Shown: positions 1 through 10,496, counted from the first letter of the stretch. The stretch: DNA of 40,000 bases from an uncultured Ignavibacteriales bacterium (GCA_963848195.1 CAWKCY010000002.1:58853-98852); one strand, 5' to 3'. The notes: generated from the sequence alone by a model not told the origin. Program-made: numbers and translations.

Positions 1-217
1 ATGAATTAATTAATGAGGGATGAACATTGGTTGTTACAGAACCATTTTCAACACATTGAATAAACCCGGCGAACCTGTTTATACCATGCGATTCTACACC
101 TGCAAATGTATTATCCGTAAAAATTTCAGATAATAACTCTGCATCAGTTTCAGAGAAGCTATATTTAATTAATTTATGCTTTAATAATTTTTTTAACTCA
201 TCAAACGACAATTTCAA
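1..217 (-). CDS. Ldh_2-family (type 2 malate/L-lactate dehydrogenase-like) oxidoreductase, N-terminal fragment running off the window
   Basis: Own minus-strand translation from TTG (215-217 or 209-211): KLSFDELKKLLKHKLIKYSFSETDAELLSEIFTDNTFAGVESHGINRFAGFIQCVENGSV. This resembles Ldh_2 N-termini (..GxxSHGxxR..). It is absent from the ORF track (short, non-ATG start). Confidence 0.4.
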   Translation of the reverse strand, partial: MKLSFDELKKLLKHKLIKYSFSETDAELLSEIFTDNTFAGVESHGINRFAGFIQCVENGSVTTNVHPSLINS

Positions 218-3200
218 TTATATTCATCCCAACTTTTTATTTCAAGATCCGAAATTGAATATCTTTGTAATGACTTGATAAACCGTTTGGCAAACTGTGT
301 ATTGGTCAGTACCGGTATATTCAAATCTATAGCTTTACGCCTGACAATATAATCACTATCCAATTCTACTTTTTCTGTTGTTTTAGGAATATTAATAACC
401 AGGTCAATTTTTCCGTCATTGAGAAAAGTTAAAATACTTGGCTCTATGTTATCAAAAGGACGGTGGAGCTCCTCTACTTCGATACCGTTATCCTTATAAA
501 AATCCGCAGTACCTTTGGTACCGTAAAATTTTAATCCCATACCATTTAGGATATTTATTTCATCAAGAATTTCTGCTTTTTGTTTTAATGTACCGGTAGA
601 GAGCAAAACACCTTTCTTAGGAACTTTATGCCCCGTGGAAAGCAGGCTTTTTAGAAATGCCTCGTTAAAATCATCACCAAGACATGCAACTTCTCCCGTG
701 GAGGACATTTCAACGCCAGTTACGGGGTCGGATCCTCTTAATCTGGTAAATGAAAATTGGGAAGCTTTTACTCCTACATAATCAAGATCGAACGAAGATT
801 TGTCAATTTTGGGTACCTTTTCTCCAAGCATCAATTTTGTTGCTATTTCAATAAAATTTATTTTCAAAGTTTTCGAAACAAAAGGGAAACTTCTCGATGC
901 TCTGAGATTACATTCTATAACCTTAACATCATTGTCCTTAGCAATAAATTGAATATTAAATGGACCTGTAATCTCAAGTTCTTTTGCTATCTGTTTTGTA
1001 ATCATTTTAACCCTGCGCATGGTTTCAAGGTACGTGCGCTGGGGGGGTAGTACAATCGTTGCATCACCCGAATGTACTCCGGCATTTTCTACATGTTCTG
1101 CTATTGCATAACAAAACAAATTTCCTTCATTTGCCACCGCATCTACTTCAATTTCCCTCGCATCGGTTATAAATTTGCTCATTACTACAGGGTGTTCCCT
1201 GTTAATATCCGTTGCTTTCTGAAGATACATTTCAAGTTCATCTTCGGTTAGAACAATGCTCATTGCTGCACCGCTAAGTACATAACTGGGACGAATCAAA
1301 ACAGGATATTGAACTTTATTTGCAAATTCTTTCGCTTCATCAAGACTTCTCAACTCCTTCCATTCAGGCTGATCAACATTTATTTTATCTAAAATCTGCG
1401 AAAATTTATGTCTGTTTTCAGCATTATCTATCTGTATTGGAGAGGTACCTAATATTTTCAACCCGGAATTATGGAGCTTCATCGCTAAATTGTTGGGTAC
1501 CTGCCCCCCCATTGAAATTATTATTCCTTCCGGGTTTTCTTTATCATAAATATCCAGAACGCGTTCAAATGTCAATTGTTCAAAATACAGTTTGTCGCAT
1601 ATATCATAGTCCGTGCTTACCGTTTCCGGATTACAATTTATCATTATGGTCTTTTTATCAATTTTATTTAATGCCATTACGGCATTAACACAGCACCAGT
1701 CAAATTCAACAGATGATCCGATTCTATAAGGCCCACCTCCCAATACAACAATCTGGTTCGCTTCTCCTAACGGTATATCATCTTCATTACCATGATAAGT
1801 TAAGTAAAGGTAATTGGTTTGTGCAGGATATTCTGCTGCTAACGTATCAATTTGCTTTACAACCGGTGTTATTCCTAGTTCTTTTCGATATTCTCTTACA
1901 CCAAGTTCTGTAGAATTTGTTAAACGGCTTATTTGAAAATCTGAAAATCCGTTCATTTTCGCCTCTTTCATCAGATCTTTCGAAACATCAAAAAGCATTC
2001 TATCCGCAAGCTTCTTTTCGGTTTCTATAATATTTTTCATCTTATAAAGAAACCATTTGGTAATTTTGGACAATTGATAAATTTTATCTATTGAAAAACC
2101 GCATTTCAATGCCTGTGCTATAGCAAAAATCCTTTTATCTGTGGGTTCGGATAATTCTTTCTCAAGATCCTGAAAGGAAAGCTCGTTTCCTGAAAAGCCT
2201 GCCATTCCAACGTCTAGCATTCTTATTGCCTTCTGAAGTACTTCTTCGAAAGACCTTCCGAGAGACATAACTTCACCCACCGATTTCATCTCCGTGCCAA
2301 GCTGTGTACTTACCTGCTGGAATTTTTGCAAATCCCATCTGGGAAATTTAAGTGCTACATAGTCTAATGCCGGTTCAAAACAAGCAGAGGTTTCTTTAGT
2401 AATAATGTTTTCTACTTCATTCAGCGCATATCCGAGCGCCAGTTTGGTAGCAATAAATGCAAGCGGATATCCAGTAGCTTTTGATGCTAGTGCGGAGCTT
2501 CTGCTTAATCTTGCATTGACTTCTATAATTCTGTAGTCATCCGAATTGGGGTCAAGAGCATACTGAATATTACATTCTCCAATAACTCCGAGGTGGCGTA
2601 TTAATTTGATTCCAACTGAACGCAGTTTAAAGTTCTCTTTTGCCGATAGTGTCTGTACTGGTGCTATAACTACACTATCCCCGGTGTGTATTCCCATCGG
2701 GTCTACATTTTCCATTGAACAGATGGTTATGCAATTGTTGTATCTGTCTCTGATAATCTCATATTCAACTTCTTTCCAGCCGCGCAGCGATTCTTCAATT
2801 AAAATTTGATTTGTAAATGAAAAAGCCTTACGGGCTTTATCTAATAGCTCGGCCTTATTATTAACGATCCCCGATCCTAATCCGCCAAGTGCATATGCAA
2901 TTCTAACCATAACCGGGTAACCTATTATTTCAGCCGCTTCAACTGCCTCTTCAATGCTCTCTGCTGTCCGGCTCGCTGCAACTTTTAATCCAATCTCCGT
3001 TACTTTATTAGCAAACCGCAGCCTGTCTTCTGTATCCTGGATTGCCTCAACTGGAGTTCCAAGCACTTTAATATTATTTTTATGGAGTATACCTTTTTCA
3101 TAAAGTTCAACCCCTACATTTAATGCCGTTTGTCCGCCGAATTGAAGAAGTATACTATCAGGCTGTTCTTTTTCAATAATCTTTTCAACAAATTCTGCCT

Positions 3201-3408
3201 TGATAGGTAAAAAATATACTTTATCGGCAAAATTTTCTGAGGTTTGAATTGTAGCAATATTGGGATTAACCAGAATAGAAGTGATCCCATCTTCCTTAAG
3301 TGCTTTAATTGCCTGGCTGCCGGAATAATCAAATTCACCTGCCTGGCCAATCTGCAAAGCACCGGAACCTAGAATTAAAACTTTTTTTGCTTTTCCTTTT
3401 TTAATCAT
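214..3408 (-). CDS. carB: carbamoyl-phosphate synthase large subunit
   Basis: 1064 aa with duplicated ATP-grasp halves (LILGSGALQIGQAGEFDYSG... and VLGGGPYRIGSSVEFDWC...) and an MGS-like C-terminus. Overlaps carA by 8 nt. Confidence 0.97.
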   Translation of the reverse strand: MIKKGKAKKVLILGSGALQIGQAGEFDYSGSQAIKALKEDGITSILVNPNIATIQTSENFADKVYFLPIKAEFVEKIIEKEQPDSILLQFGGQTALNVGVELYEKGILHKNNIKVLGTPVEAIQDTEDRLRFANKVTEIGLKVAASRTAESIEEAVEAAEIIGYPVMVRIAYALGGLGSGIVNNKAELLDKARKAFSFTNQILIEESLRGWKEVEYEIIRDRYNNCITICSMENVDPMGIHTGDSVVIAPVQTLSAKENFKLRSVGIKLIRHLGVIGECNIQYALDPNSDDYRIIEVNARLSRSSALASKATGYPLAFIATKLALGYALNEVENIITKETSACFEPALDYVALKFPRWDLQKFQQVSTQLGTEMKSVGEVMSLGRSFEEVLQKAIRMLDVGMAGFSGNELSFQDLEKELSEPTDKRIFAIAQALKCGFSIDKIYQLSKITKWFLYKMKNIIETEKKLADRMLFDVSKDLMKEAKMNGFSDFQISRLTNSTELGVREYRKELGITPVVKQIDTLAAEYPAQTNYLYLTYHGNEDDIPLGEANQIVVLGGGPYRIGSSVEFDWCCVNAVMALNKIDKKTIMINCNPETVSTDYDICDKLYFEQLTFERVLDIYDKENPEGIIISMGGQVPNNLAMKLHNSGLKILGTSPIQIDNAENRHKFSQILDKINVDQPEWKELRSLDEAKEFANKVQYPVLIRPSYVLSGAAMSIVLTEDELEMYLQKATDINREHPVVMSKFITDAREIEVDAVANEGNLFCYAIAEHVENAGVHSGDATIVLPPQRTYLETMRRVKMITKQIAKELEITGPFNIQFIAKDNDVKVIECNLRASRSFPFVSKTLKINFIEIATKLMLGEKVPKIDKSSFDLDYVGVKASQFSFTRLRGSDPVTGVEMSSTGEVACLGDDFNEAFLKSLLSTGHKVPKKGVLLSTGTLKQKAEILDEINILNGMGLKFYGTKGTADFYKDNGIEVEELHRPFDNIEPSILTFLNDGKIDLVINIPKTTEKVELDSDYIVRRKAIDLNIPVLTNTQFAKRFIKSLQRYSISDLEIKSWDEYN

Positions 3409-4480
3409 TTACTGACCTCACAAACATATCAAAAATAAATTCGCTGTCATCCGGGCCCGGTGAAGCTTCAGGATGAAATTGCGCACCAAAAAATGGCTTG
3501 GCTATGTGAATTAAACCCTCATTTGTTCCGTCATTATCATTTGTAAACCATTCCCGCCAGTCCTCCGGAAGGGTATCGCTGTCTATCGCATATCCATGGT
3601 TTTGAGAAGTTATATAACATCTTTTCGTCCCTGTTTCATTTGCCGGTTGATTATGGCTTCTATGTCCGTATTTTAATTTATAAGTATCAGCTCCCGCCGC
3701 TAACGCTAAAATCTGACACCCTAAACAAATTCCAAGAATTGGTATATGTTTCTCCATTGCCTTTTTTGTATTTTCAATAGTAGACCTGCACATTTTCGGA
3801 TCTCCCGGTCCATTTGAAATTACAATGCCGTCCACCGCTATCTTTGAAAAATCAAAATCATAAGGCACCCTTAAAACTGAAATATTTCTTCCAAGAAACG
3901 CTTTAATAATATTATTTTTAGTCCCGCAATCCACTAAAATAATTTTCTTCCCGTTACGGCTATATTCAATTGGGTCTTTAACACTAACTTCACCGACAAG
4001 GTCGAGCTTATTTATATCCTGAAATTCCATCACATCATTTTTATCTACTACAATTTTCCCTAACATTGTCCCTTTTTCTCTCAACCTTCTGGTCAGCATT
4101 CTCGTATCAATTCCGTATATACCCGGGATTTTTTGCTCCTGCATCCACGCTGATAAAGATTTCTTCCCGTTCCAGTGCGAATATTCAAATGAATAATCAG
4201 AAATAATCAATGCCCTGCAATGAATTTCATTCGATTCAAAATATTTGTAAATTCCGTCTTCTTTTTCGTAATCCGGGACTCCATAATTGCCTATCAAAGG
4301 ATAAGTAAAAACTAAAATCTGTCCCCTATAAGATGGATCTGTCATCGTCTCCGGATACCCAACCATACCTGTATTAAAAACCACCTCACCATTTGTACTT
4401 CCTGCATAGCCGAATAAATAGCCAGCGTATTCTGTCCCATCCTCTAAAATTAATTTTGCAGTTTTTTTCTCATCTGACAT
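3401..4480 (-). CDS. carA: carbamoyl-phosphate synthase small (glutamine amidotransferase) subunit
   Basis: 359 aa with a CPSase small-chain N-domain and a class I GATase (GICLGCQ, HRSHNQP, FHPEASPGP). Sits directly upstream of carB. Confidence 0.97.
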   Translation of the reverse strand: MSDEKKTAKLILEDGTEYAGYLFGYAGSTNGEVVFNTGMVGYPETMTDPSYRGQILVFTYPLIGNYGVPDYEKEDGIYKYFESNEIHCRALIISDYSFEYSHWNGKKSLSAWMQEQKIPGIYGIDTRMLTRRLREKGTMLGKIVVDKNDVMEFQDINKLDLVGEVSVKDPIEYSRNGKKIILVDCGTKNNIIKAFLGRNISVLRVPYDFDFSKIAVDGIVISNGPGDPKMCRSTIENTKKAMEKHIPILGICLGCQILALAAGADTYKLKYGHRSHNQPANETGTKRCYITSQNHGYAIDSDTLPEDWREWFTNDNDGTNEGLIHIAKPFFGAQFHPEASPGPDDSEFIFDMFVRSVND

Positions 4481-4504
4481 TTGTTATACCTTTATTCTGA
4501 ATTT

Positions 4505-4534
4505 CAAAAAAATAGCCACTCATTGAGTGGCTAT
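4505..4534 (-). promoter_or_regulatory. perfect 10-bp hairpin plus T-tract in the carA leader (terminator-like, candidate attenuator)
   Basis: ATAGCCACTC-att-GAGTGGCTAT (4512-4534). On the minus strand it is followed by TTTTTT, and it lies about 25 nt before the carA ATG. Confidence 0.4.
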
Positions 4535-4944
4535 AAATTATAGTCTGTTAAAAACCCCGACATTATTTTCTTGAAAAATTTTTCTAAACCGATCAACTAC
4601 TTTCCAAATTTTAATTTTCTAATATATGACAAACTGATTTTTAAAACAACGTTTAACCATTAAAAAAATTATTGGTATTAAACCGATCACTTTATCCATT
4701 GCCTTTCAATTTAAATCCTTTTTAAGGTTGACCAAAAGTACTTTGTGTCTACTTGGTGCCCTTGAGACTTGGTGGCCAAAAATATTTACAAAAAATGAAT
4801 AAAATGACTTTTATTTTATACTGAAATAATATATATAGTCTCTATAAAAATATTCTTTTTAATGCCTTTTCGAATAATTAAATTATCTTTTGCCGGTATT
4901 TACCTCCAATTAAAATTTTCTCCCAAATTTTATAATTAATCAAA

Positions 4945-6294
4945 ATGAAAAGTCAAAAATTATCCAAAAGTCCCAAGATTTTTATCCTCGATACAAACGT
5001 AATTCTTCACGACGCCAGTTCTATAAATAACTTCCAGGAGAATGATGTTATTATCCCACTGCCTGTCATTGAAGAGCTAGACCATTTTAAAAGAGGGAGT
5101 CAGGTAATCAATCTAAATGCACGCGAATTTGCACGTACCCTGGATTCTCTTACCGGAACAGCAATATTTAACGGCGGCGTCTCAATGGGTAAAGGAAAAG
5201 GAAAAGTTGGAATAGCAATCTCCAGAGGATTAAGTAACGAGATTAAGGAGATTTTTAAAGAAGATACCCCTGACCACAGAATCTTATCTATTGCTCTTGA
5301 CTGGAATAAAAAAAGTAAAGATAAGTCCGTTATTCTTGTTACCAAAGATGTTAATCTGAGAATGAAAGCAAAAGCTCTTGGAATTCTTTCTGAGGATTAT
5401 ACTACTGATAGGATCGGCAGTGTTGAAGAGCTGTACAGCGGCAAGGAAATAGTCGAAAATTTCGATGATGACATTATCATTAAGTTTTTTCAAACCCCTT
5501 TTGAAGTACCCGCAGAAGAAATTTTGAAAAAATTAAAGGGTGAAGTTTTACCCAATAAGTTCTATATTTTTAGGAATCCTAACCGCTCTGTCCTTGCTTA
5601 TTTAGATCAAAACAAAGAAATGTTTAAGAAAATTGATAAAAATATTACATATGGAATAAAACCCCGGAACGCCGAACAGACTTTTGCAGTCGATGCTTTA
5701 ACTAATATTGAGATTCCCCTGGTAAGCCTCACCGGAAAAGCTGGTACCGGTAAAACACTTCTAGCTCTTGCAAGTGCGTTGAATATTAGAAAAAGCTACC
5801 GTCAAATATTTATTGCTCGACCCATTGTTCCCCTCAGCAACAAAGATATTGGCTTTCTTCCCGGAGATGTACAAAGCAAAATTGAACCTTATATGCAGCC
5901 TTTGTGGGATAATTTAAGGGTTATACAGGATCAGTTTTCGGAAACCGATAAACAATATCAGATGATTACAAATATGGTAAAAGAAGAAAAACTTGTAATA
6001 GAACCATTATCTTATATCAGGGGGAGGAGTCTGCAAAGAATATTTTTCATCGTTGATGAAGCACAGAATTTAACTCCTCATGAAATAAAAACTATTATTA
6101 CAAGGGTGGGGGAAGGCTCAAAGATTGTATTTACAGGAGATATTTATCAGATTGATCATCCTTATCTTGATTCTCAATCTAACGGTATGTCATATTTGAT
6201 AGATCATTTTAAGGGACAGAAACTGTATGCACATATTAATTTAGAAAAAGGTGAAAGATCTGAATTAGCTGAATTAGCCAGTAACCTGCTGTAA
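4945..6294 (+). CDS. PhoH-like ATPase with N-terminal PIN domain (YlaK-type)
   Basis: N-terminal PIN motif (FILDTNVILHD), Walker A (GKAGTGKT) and Walker B-like (FFIVDEAQN). Confidence 0.9.
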   Translation: MKSQKLSKSPKIFILDTNVILHDASSINNFQENDVIIPLPVIEELDHFKRGSQVINLNAREFARTLDSLTGTAIFNGGVSMGKGKGKVGIAISRGLSNEIKEIFKEDTPDHRILSIALDWNKKSKDKSVILVTKDVNLRMKAKALGILSEDYTTDRIGSVEELYSGKEIVENFDDDIIIKFFQTPFEVPAEEILKKLKGEVLPNKFYIFRNPNRSVLAYLDQNKEMFKKIDKNITYGIKPRNAEQTFAVDALTNIEIPLVSLTGKAGTGKTLLALASALNIRKSYRQIFIARPIVPLSNKDIGFLPGDVQSKIEPYMQPLWDNLRVIQDQFSETDKQYQMITNMVKEEKLVIEPLSYIRGRSLQRIFFIVDEAQNLTPHEIKTIITRVGEGSKIVFTGDIYQIDHPYLDSQSNGMSYLIDHFKGQKLYAHINLEKGERSELAELASNLL

Positions 6295-6303
6295 AAATTA
6301 ATT

Positions 6304-6807
6304 ATGCAAGTTTTTACATATCCTTTATTTTATAAAATTGTCCTCAGATTCGGCAATATCCCGTTAACACTTTTATTGCTGCTGTATCTTATTCCTTCTA
6401 TCGTTTATGTCGATAAAGATCTTCTTCTGGTTATTCCTTTACTTATCTCTGCATTTTTAATATATTTTTTAAACAGACAGTATATAATGTTGTATAAAAT
6501 TGTTCCTTATAAGATTATTTTTGACAATGATAAGCTGATATGCAGTGATTTTTTATTCTCCAACAGGGAGAGCATAATCAATCTTGAAGATGTTGATAAA
6601 TTAAAAGGAGGAATCTTCGAAGGAAAAATCAGAGGTATTTTGAGAGTTTACGATGGGAAAAATCAAATTTACATCGGCTATTTTAATAAAATAAAAAATT
6701 CACAAATGCTCGGAACAATCATATTGAGTAAAGTAAGAAAGTCTGTTTATGAAGATGTTATAAATAATATTACCTCTTTAAGAAACACCCTAAAAAAATC
6801 AAAATAA
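6304..6807 (+). CDS. hypothetical membrane protein (two predicted TM helices)
   Basis: 167-aa ORF with a hydrophobic N-terminal half, starting 10 nt after the phoH-like stop. No recognisable family. Confidence 0.55.
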   Translation: MQVFTYPLFYKIVLRFGNIPLTLLLLLYLIPSIVYVDKDLLLVIPLLISAFLIYFLNRQYIMLYKIVPYKIIFDNDKLICSDFLFSNRESIINLEDVDKLKGGIFEGKIRGILRVYDGKNQIYIGYFNKIKNSQMLGTIILSKVRKSVYEDVINNITSLRNTLKKSK

Positions 6808-6824
6808 ATCGATAACTCAACCTC

Positions 6825-6854
6825 CAAGGTTTTCTGAAACCTTGGATGTTTTAA
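6825..6854 (+). terminator. intrinsic terminator after the 6304-6807 ORF
   Basis: CCAAGGTTT-tctg-AAACCTTGG (9-bp stem) followed by atgTTTT. Confidence 0.6.
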
Positions 6855-6952
6855 ATAATTCAATCAACTGTACTATCCTATCATCTCTCAACCCTGAAAT
6901 TCATTACGAAATAGCGTAGGTTTTCGACCAATTTTTCGTTTCTAAGCTATCG

Positions 6953-7212
6953 AAAATAACGCAAGCCGACCTTTACCCCTTCTTTACAAAAACCCCGGCC
7001 CCCATAGTATTTTCGGTTTAAATTATTTCTCCTTTTAGTTTAAATTCAGCAATTATAACTTCAGGATTATTTGTCTCATAAATTTCAATAGATTTATATT
7101 AATTGAGATTAATTTATTCTTCTCAATTCAAAAAAGATTTTAAAAAAGTAAAAAGCCAGAAGATTTAATCCCAGGGCACGTTTGCACGGTCGGGTACAGA
7201 TGCATTTTATAT
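6953..7212 (-). repeat. terminal attC (degenerate) of the mntA-hepT cassette; end of the array
   Basis: The right arm, cacGGTCGGGTAcagatgcatTTTATAT, matches the gcGGTCGGGTAgaaacgcatgGTTATAT type. The left arm, aaATAACgcaagccgaccTTTACCCC, is only partly complementary. Confidence 0.5.
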
Positions 7213-7230
7213 TGCTATTATTTAATGTGG

Positions 7231-7575
7231 CTAACTTAATATGGCTCGGATTTTATCCTTTATTTCAGGCAGGTTATTTTTAATTGCATCCCAGAGTATT
7301 TCATAATCGACATTAAAATATTGATGTATTATTTTATCTCTCATTCCGGCAATCTTCTTCCATTCTATTTCTTTATGTTCCTTACGAAATTCTAGAGTCA
7401 GATTTTTAACAGCTTCTCCTATTATTTCAAAACTTCTTGAAAACGCTCTCGTATACATCTCATTTTCAAGAAATGAATTAAAATTAAGATTTTCTGTCGT
7501 TTTTAACAAAAATACAATTTCATCCAGGATATGTCTTAAGTATACTTCGTTATGCTTCATACCACTTAACTTCAT
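7231..7575 (-). CDS. hepT: HepT (DUF86) toxin of a type VII TA pair
   Basis: 114 aa with the RxxxxHxY motif (MRDKIIHQY). Overlaps the upstream nucleotidyltransferase gene by 26 nt. Confidence 0.85.
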   Translation of the reverse strand: MKLSGMKHNEVYLRHILDEIVFLLKTTENLNFNSFLENEMYTRAFSRSFEIIGEAVKNLTLEFRKEHKEIEWKKIAGMRDKIIHQYFNVDYEILWDAIKNNLPEIKDKIRAILS

Positions 7576-7849
7576 TATTTATATAAGGAAGTATATACGG
7601 GCTAATCCCCTTTTCAGTTAAAAGATCCACTTTTCTATTGAATATTTTTTCTAATTCAAATGCTAATTCCATATAGTTATCAAATGTCTTTTCTTCAAAA
7701 TCTACAAGTAAATCGATATCACTTTTTGAAGTCGCCTCGTCACGAATATAAGATCCAAATAATCCAATTTTTCTAACACGATATTTTTTAAGCAACTCTC
7801 GATTTCTTCGGAGGACTTCGAATATTTCTCTTGAAGATAACTTTTTCAT
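7550..7849 (-). CDS. mntA: MntA nucleotidyltransferase antitoxin
   Basis: 99 aa with the minimal NTase motif GLFGSYIRDEATSKSDIDLLV. Confidence 0.85.
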   Translation of the reverse strand: MKKLSSREIFEVLRRNRELLKKYRVRKIGLFGSYIRDEATSKSDIDLLVDFEEKTFDNYMELAFELEKIFNRKVDLLTEKGISPYILPYINNEVKWYEA

Positions 7850-7929
7850 AACATTTCTTAATTCTTTTAAGTTAAAAATAATAAAAGAATTGTAAATAAT
7901 TTACTTTTCTGTAATTTGTTTTCAAATCA

Positions 7930-8116
7930 ATATAACGAACTCTTATTAACAGGTCAATCTTTTTTCTCTTGTATGGAAGCAAGTAGACCCTGCACATAAT
8001 GGGCTAAGATACAAGCACCGAATAATCCACGTTGAACAAAGCTGATCATCTACCGCAAAAAAACTCTAAAAAATCGAATGCGTAAAATGCTGTCAACTAA
8101 AATTGCTACGTTATAC
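7930..8116 (-). repeat. attC
   Basis: atATAAC (7930-7936) ... cgaatgcgtaaaatGCTGTCAACTaaaattgctacGTTATAC (8110-8116). Confidence 0.7.
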
Positions 8117-8124
8117 CGATTTTT

Positions 8125-8712
8125 TTATAAAAAATAATCTAAACCTAATTTTAATGAACTCCCCCATCCTTTTTGATTGATATTTTCCCTTTTATTTATT
8201 GGCATGAATAATAGTCCATCTAGCCTGACTCTAATTCTACTTATAATTCTAATATCAATGCCTGTTCCAAAATCAATTGTATATAATATAAATGAATTTG
8301 TCTTCCTGTAATTTCCATATAAATCGTTTCCACCTATATATTTCTCTCTTACAAATCTTGAAGTAATGCCTGACATAAAATGAATTGGTATTGGAATTCT
8401 TTCTGGGAAAGAGTTTAATCTAAATCCTAGATTTGTACTTGAATATGAATAAGTCGCTGCATCAACTATCGAAAATGGCTTACTTATTCCATCTTGCCAG
8501 TATGATATATCAAAATCCCATTCAAAATAATCTTTGAGAAATTTACCTCCCAATTTTATTTCGGGTGACAGGTTAAATAGATTATCACTTTCAAAGTCTG
8601 ACTGATAATTCCTTACATAGCCATAATTTAAACTAATTCTGGATATATTTATTTGTGAGAATGTTAAATAAGGTGTTATCAAAAATAGAAAAAATAGAAT
8701 ATTCTTATCCAT
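8125..8712 (-). CDS. small outer-membrane beta-barrel-like protein (cassette)
   Basis: Signal peptide ending ..LTFSQ, alternating aromatic/hydrophilic strands, C-terminal ..GLDYFL. Confidence 0.6.
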   Translation of the reverse strand: MDKNILFFLFLITPYLTFSQINISRISLNYGYVRNYQSDFESDNLFNLSPEIKLGGKFLKDYFEWDFDISYWQDGISKPFSIVDAATYSYSSTNLGFRLNSFPERIPIPIHFMSGITSRFVREKYIGGNDLYGNYRKTNSFILYTIDFGTGIDIRIISRIRVRLDGLLFMPINKRENINQKGWGSSLKLGLDYFL

Positions 8713-8735
8713 ATTTATTTATATCTTTTATTACG

Positions 8736-8937
8736 ATATAACACTGCATTTAAGTCGCAGCCCAGAACAAGTACCTTACATTTATTACTAATGCCGAAGT
8801 TATGCAAAACATTCGTAACTTGTTTTTTCACACGCATGTTTTCCAAGACTATTAATTACTTTTACCCCGTTGAAATGGCTTTATCTTATTTTCTAAAATG
8901 TTTCTTACATAGACTTTAAGATTTCACTTAGTTATAA
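8736..8937 (-). repeat. attC (diverged right arm)
   Basis: atATAACactgcatttAAGTCGCAGCCCagaacaag ... agACTTtaagatttcacttaGTTATAA. Confidence 0.6.
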
Positions 8938-8971
8938 TGGTTCTGAAAAGAGCTTTAGGAATAATTGGTGT

Positions 8972-9415
8972 TCATTCCAAAATCCTCCTGAGATAATTTA
9001 TTTGTCCGAGATGATAATTTAAATGAACCAACAATTGAACTAACACATAACCGATAGAAGCTTTGGGTTCATCGAAAAATATGGGGTATTCAACCTCAAG
9101 TTGCTCTGGAGTGAGAGCGTTCAACGTTTCTTTGATCATTGGAATAAGTTTTTCCAATTGAGCTATGAGTTCTTTTTTTTCTACACTTTTTCTAATAAAT
9201 TCCTGATCACGATCACGGATGTATTCGGTTTGTGCAAGTGTTGTACCGATAAGGTGATTTAGCCCTCCAATGATATGTAATACAAGATTACCGCTTGAGT
9301 TTTTAACCGCTCCTTTGGTTCTCCAAAGATCTTCTTCATGCGAAAATAAGTTGACTTCGGCAATCAACTTATGAATGTCTCTTTCATAAAATTTTGCCAA
9401 TACACTATTTAACAT
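8972..9415 (-). CDS. DinB-family (DUF1572-like) four-helix-bundle protein
   Basis: 147 aa with His-rich DinB-type motifs (LHIIGGLNHLIG, HLNYHLGQI). Confidence 0.75.
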   Translation of the reverse strand: MLNSVLAKFYERDIHKLIAEVNLFSHEEDLWRTKGAVKNSSGNLVLHIIGGLNHLIGTTLAQTEYIRDRDQEFIRKSVEKKELIAQLEKLIPMIKETLNALTPEQLEVEYPIFFDEPKASIGYVLVQLLVHLNYHLGQINYLRRILE

Positions 9416-9569
9416 AATACTATTTACCTATAAGATTAAATAATCTAACATATTAAATTTACTATTCTAATTGTAATTACATAATTATTTTTTTAGCACT
9501 TTATATCAATTCGTTCTGATGATAGCCTAAATATTCATTTTATTTTAAAATATCAATAAAATTTATACA

Positions 9570-9831
9570 GCCTAACGAACCGCAATTAAGTTGCAGCCCA
9601 TAACAAGAAACTTACTTTTATTACTTCTGCCGAAGATTAAGCAACCTGTGCTTAAACCTGTCCGCCGAAATTTAAATGTAGGCGGATTTCCATTTACGAC
9701 AACCACAGTTTCAAGACTATTAATTAATTTGACTACGTTGAACAAGATTCTTTAAGTGGATCATCTACTTAAAAAACTCTAAAATGCCGAATGCGTAAAA
9801 TGCTGTCAACTTAAATTGTATTATGTTGCCC
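9570..9831 (-). repeat. attC
   Basis: GCCTAACgaaccgcaattAAGTTGCAGCCC ... aatgcgtaaaatGCTGTCAACTTaaattgtattatGTTGCCC. Contains an internal hairpin TCCGCC..GGCGGA. Confidence 0.85.
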
Positions 9832-9832
9832 C

Positions 9833-10156
9833 TTATTCTGAAAACATCTCTATTAGTTTTGATATTATCTTGTTTTGAATTGGTTTATTAAGTGTTGTAA
9901 TTTTTTTAATTAATCTTGATTTATCTACGGTTCTTATCTGATCTAAAACTATTTGTCCTTGTTTTCCTTCAACTTTACATGGAACTCTTGTAGGATAGTT
10001 ACGAAGCCTTGATGTTAATGGTGCTATTATTACAGTAGATATATGATTATTCATTTCATTTGGAGAAATGATTACACATGGTCGTGTCTTTTTAATTTCA
10101 CTTCCTATTGTAGGATCTAAATTTATTAAATAAACTTCAAATCTTTGATATTCCAC
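9833..10156 (-). CDS. mazF: MazF/PemK-family endoribonuclease toxin
   Basis: 107 aa with YLINLDPTIGSEIKKTRPCVIISP, typical of PemK/MazF. Abuts the antitoxin gene. Confidence 0.9.
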   Translation of the reverse strand: MEYQRFEVYLINLDPTIGSEIKKTRPCVIISPNEMNNHISTVIIAPLTSRLRNYPTRVPCKVEGKQGQIVLDQIRTVDKSRLIKKITTLNKPIQNKIISKLIEMFSE

Positions 10157-10414
10157 TTACCATTCCCATTCTTCATTATCCCAAGATGTTGAATTTTCTA
10201 AATATTCCTGATATAACAGAATGTCATCATTATTTTCTGACATTTTTTGGAAAGCATTCTCCCAATCTTCTCTTATTTTTGATGTAGGTTTTAATATAAT
10301 GGTTTTATCTTTTACTTCTATTTCAACTTCACTTTTTAACCCACTTTGTTCAAGCATATGTCTTGGGATCCTAACACCTTTCGAGTTTCCTATTTTAATC
10401 ACCTTTGTTTTCAT
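10157..10414 (-). CDS. mazE: MazE/AbrB-fold (SpoVT) antitoxin
   Basis: 85 aa with KIGNSKGVRIPRHML (swapped-hairpin AbrB motif). Sits directly upstream of mazF. Confidence 0.85.
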   Translation of the reverse strand: MKTKVIKIGNSKGVRIPRHMLEQSGLKSEVEIEVKDKTIILKPTSKIREDWENAFQKMSENNDDILLYQEYLENSTSWDNEEWEW

Positions 10415-10496
10415 TTCAATCCTCTTCTATTTATGTAGGTACAATGTAATTACTTTTTAAATAATATGCAAATAATATTTTATATGTTTATATGCA

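Noticed and set aside
757-3362. Track ORFs antisense to or overlapping carB (757-1050, 1320-1688, 1713-1913, 2606-2809, 3120-3362)
   Set aside because: They lie entirely inside a well-supported long CDS, have low-complexity composition and belong to no recognisable family.
5100-5493. Antisense ORFs inside the phoH-like gene
   Set aside because: Shadow ORFs of a confident CDS.
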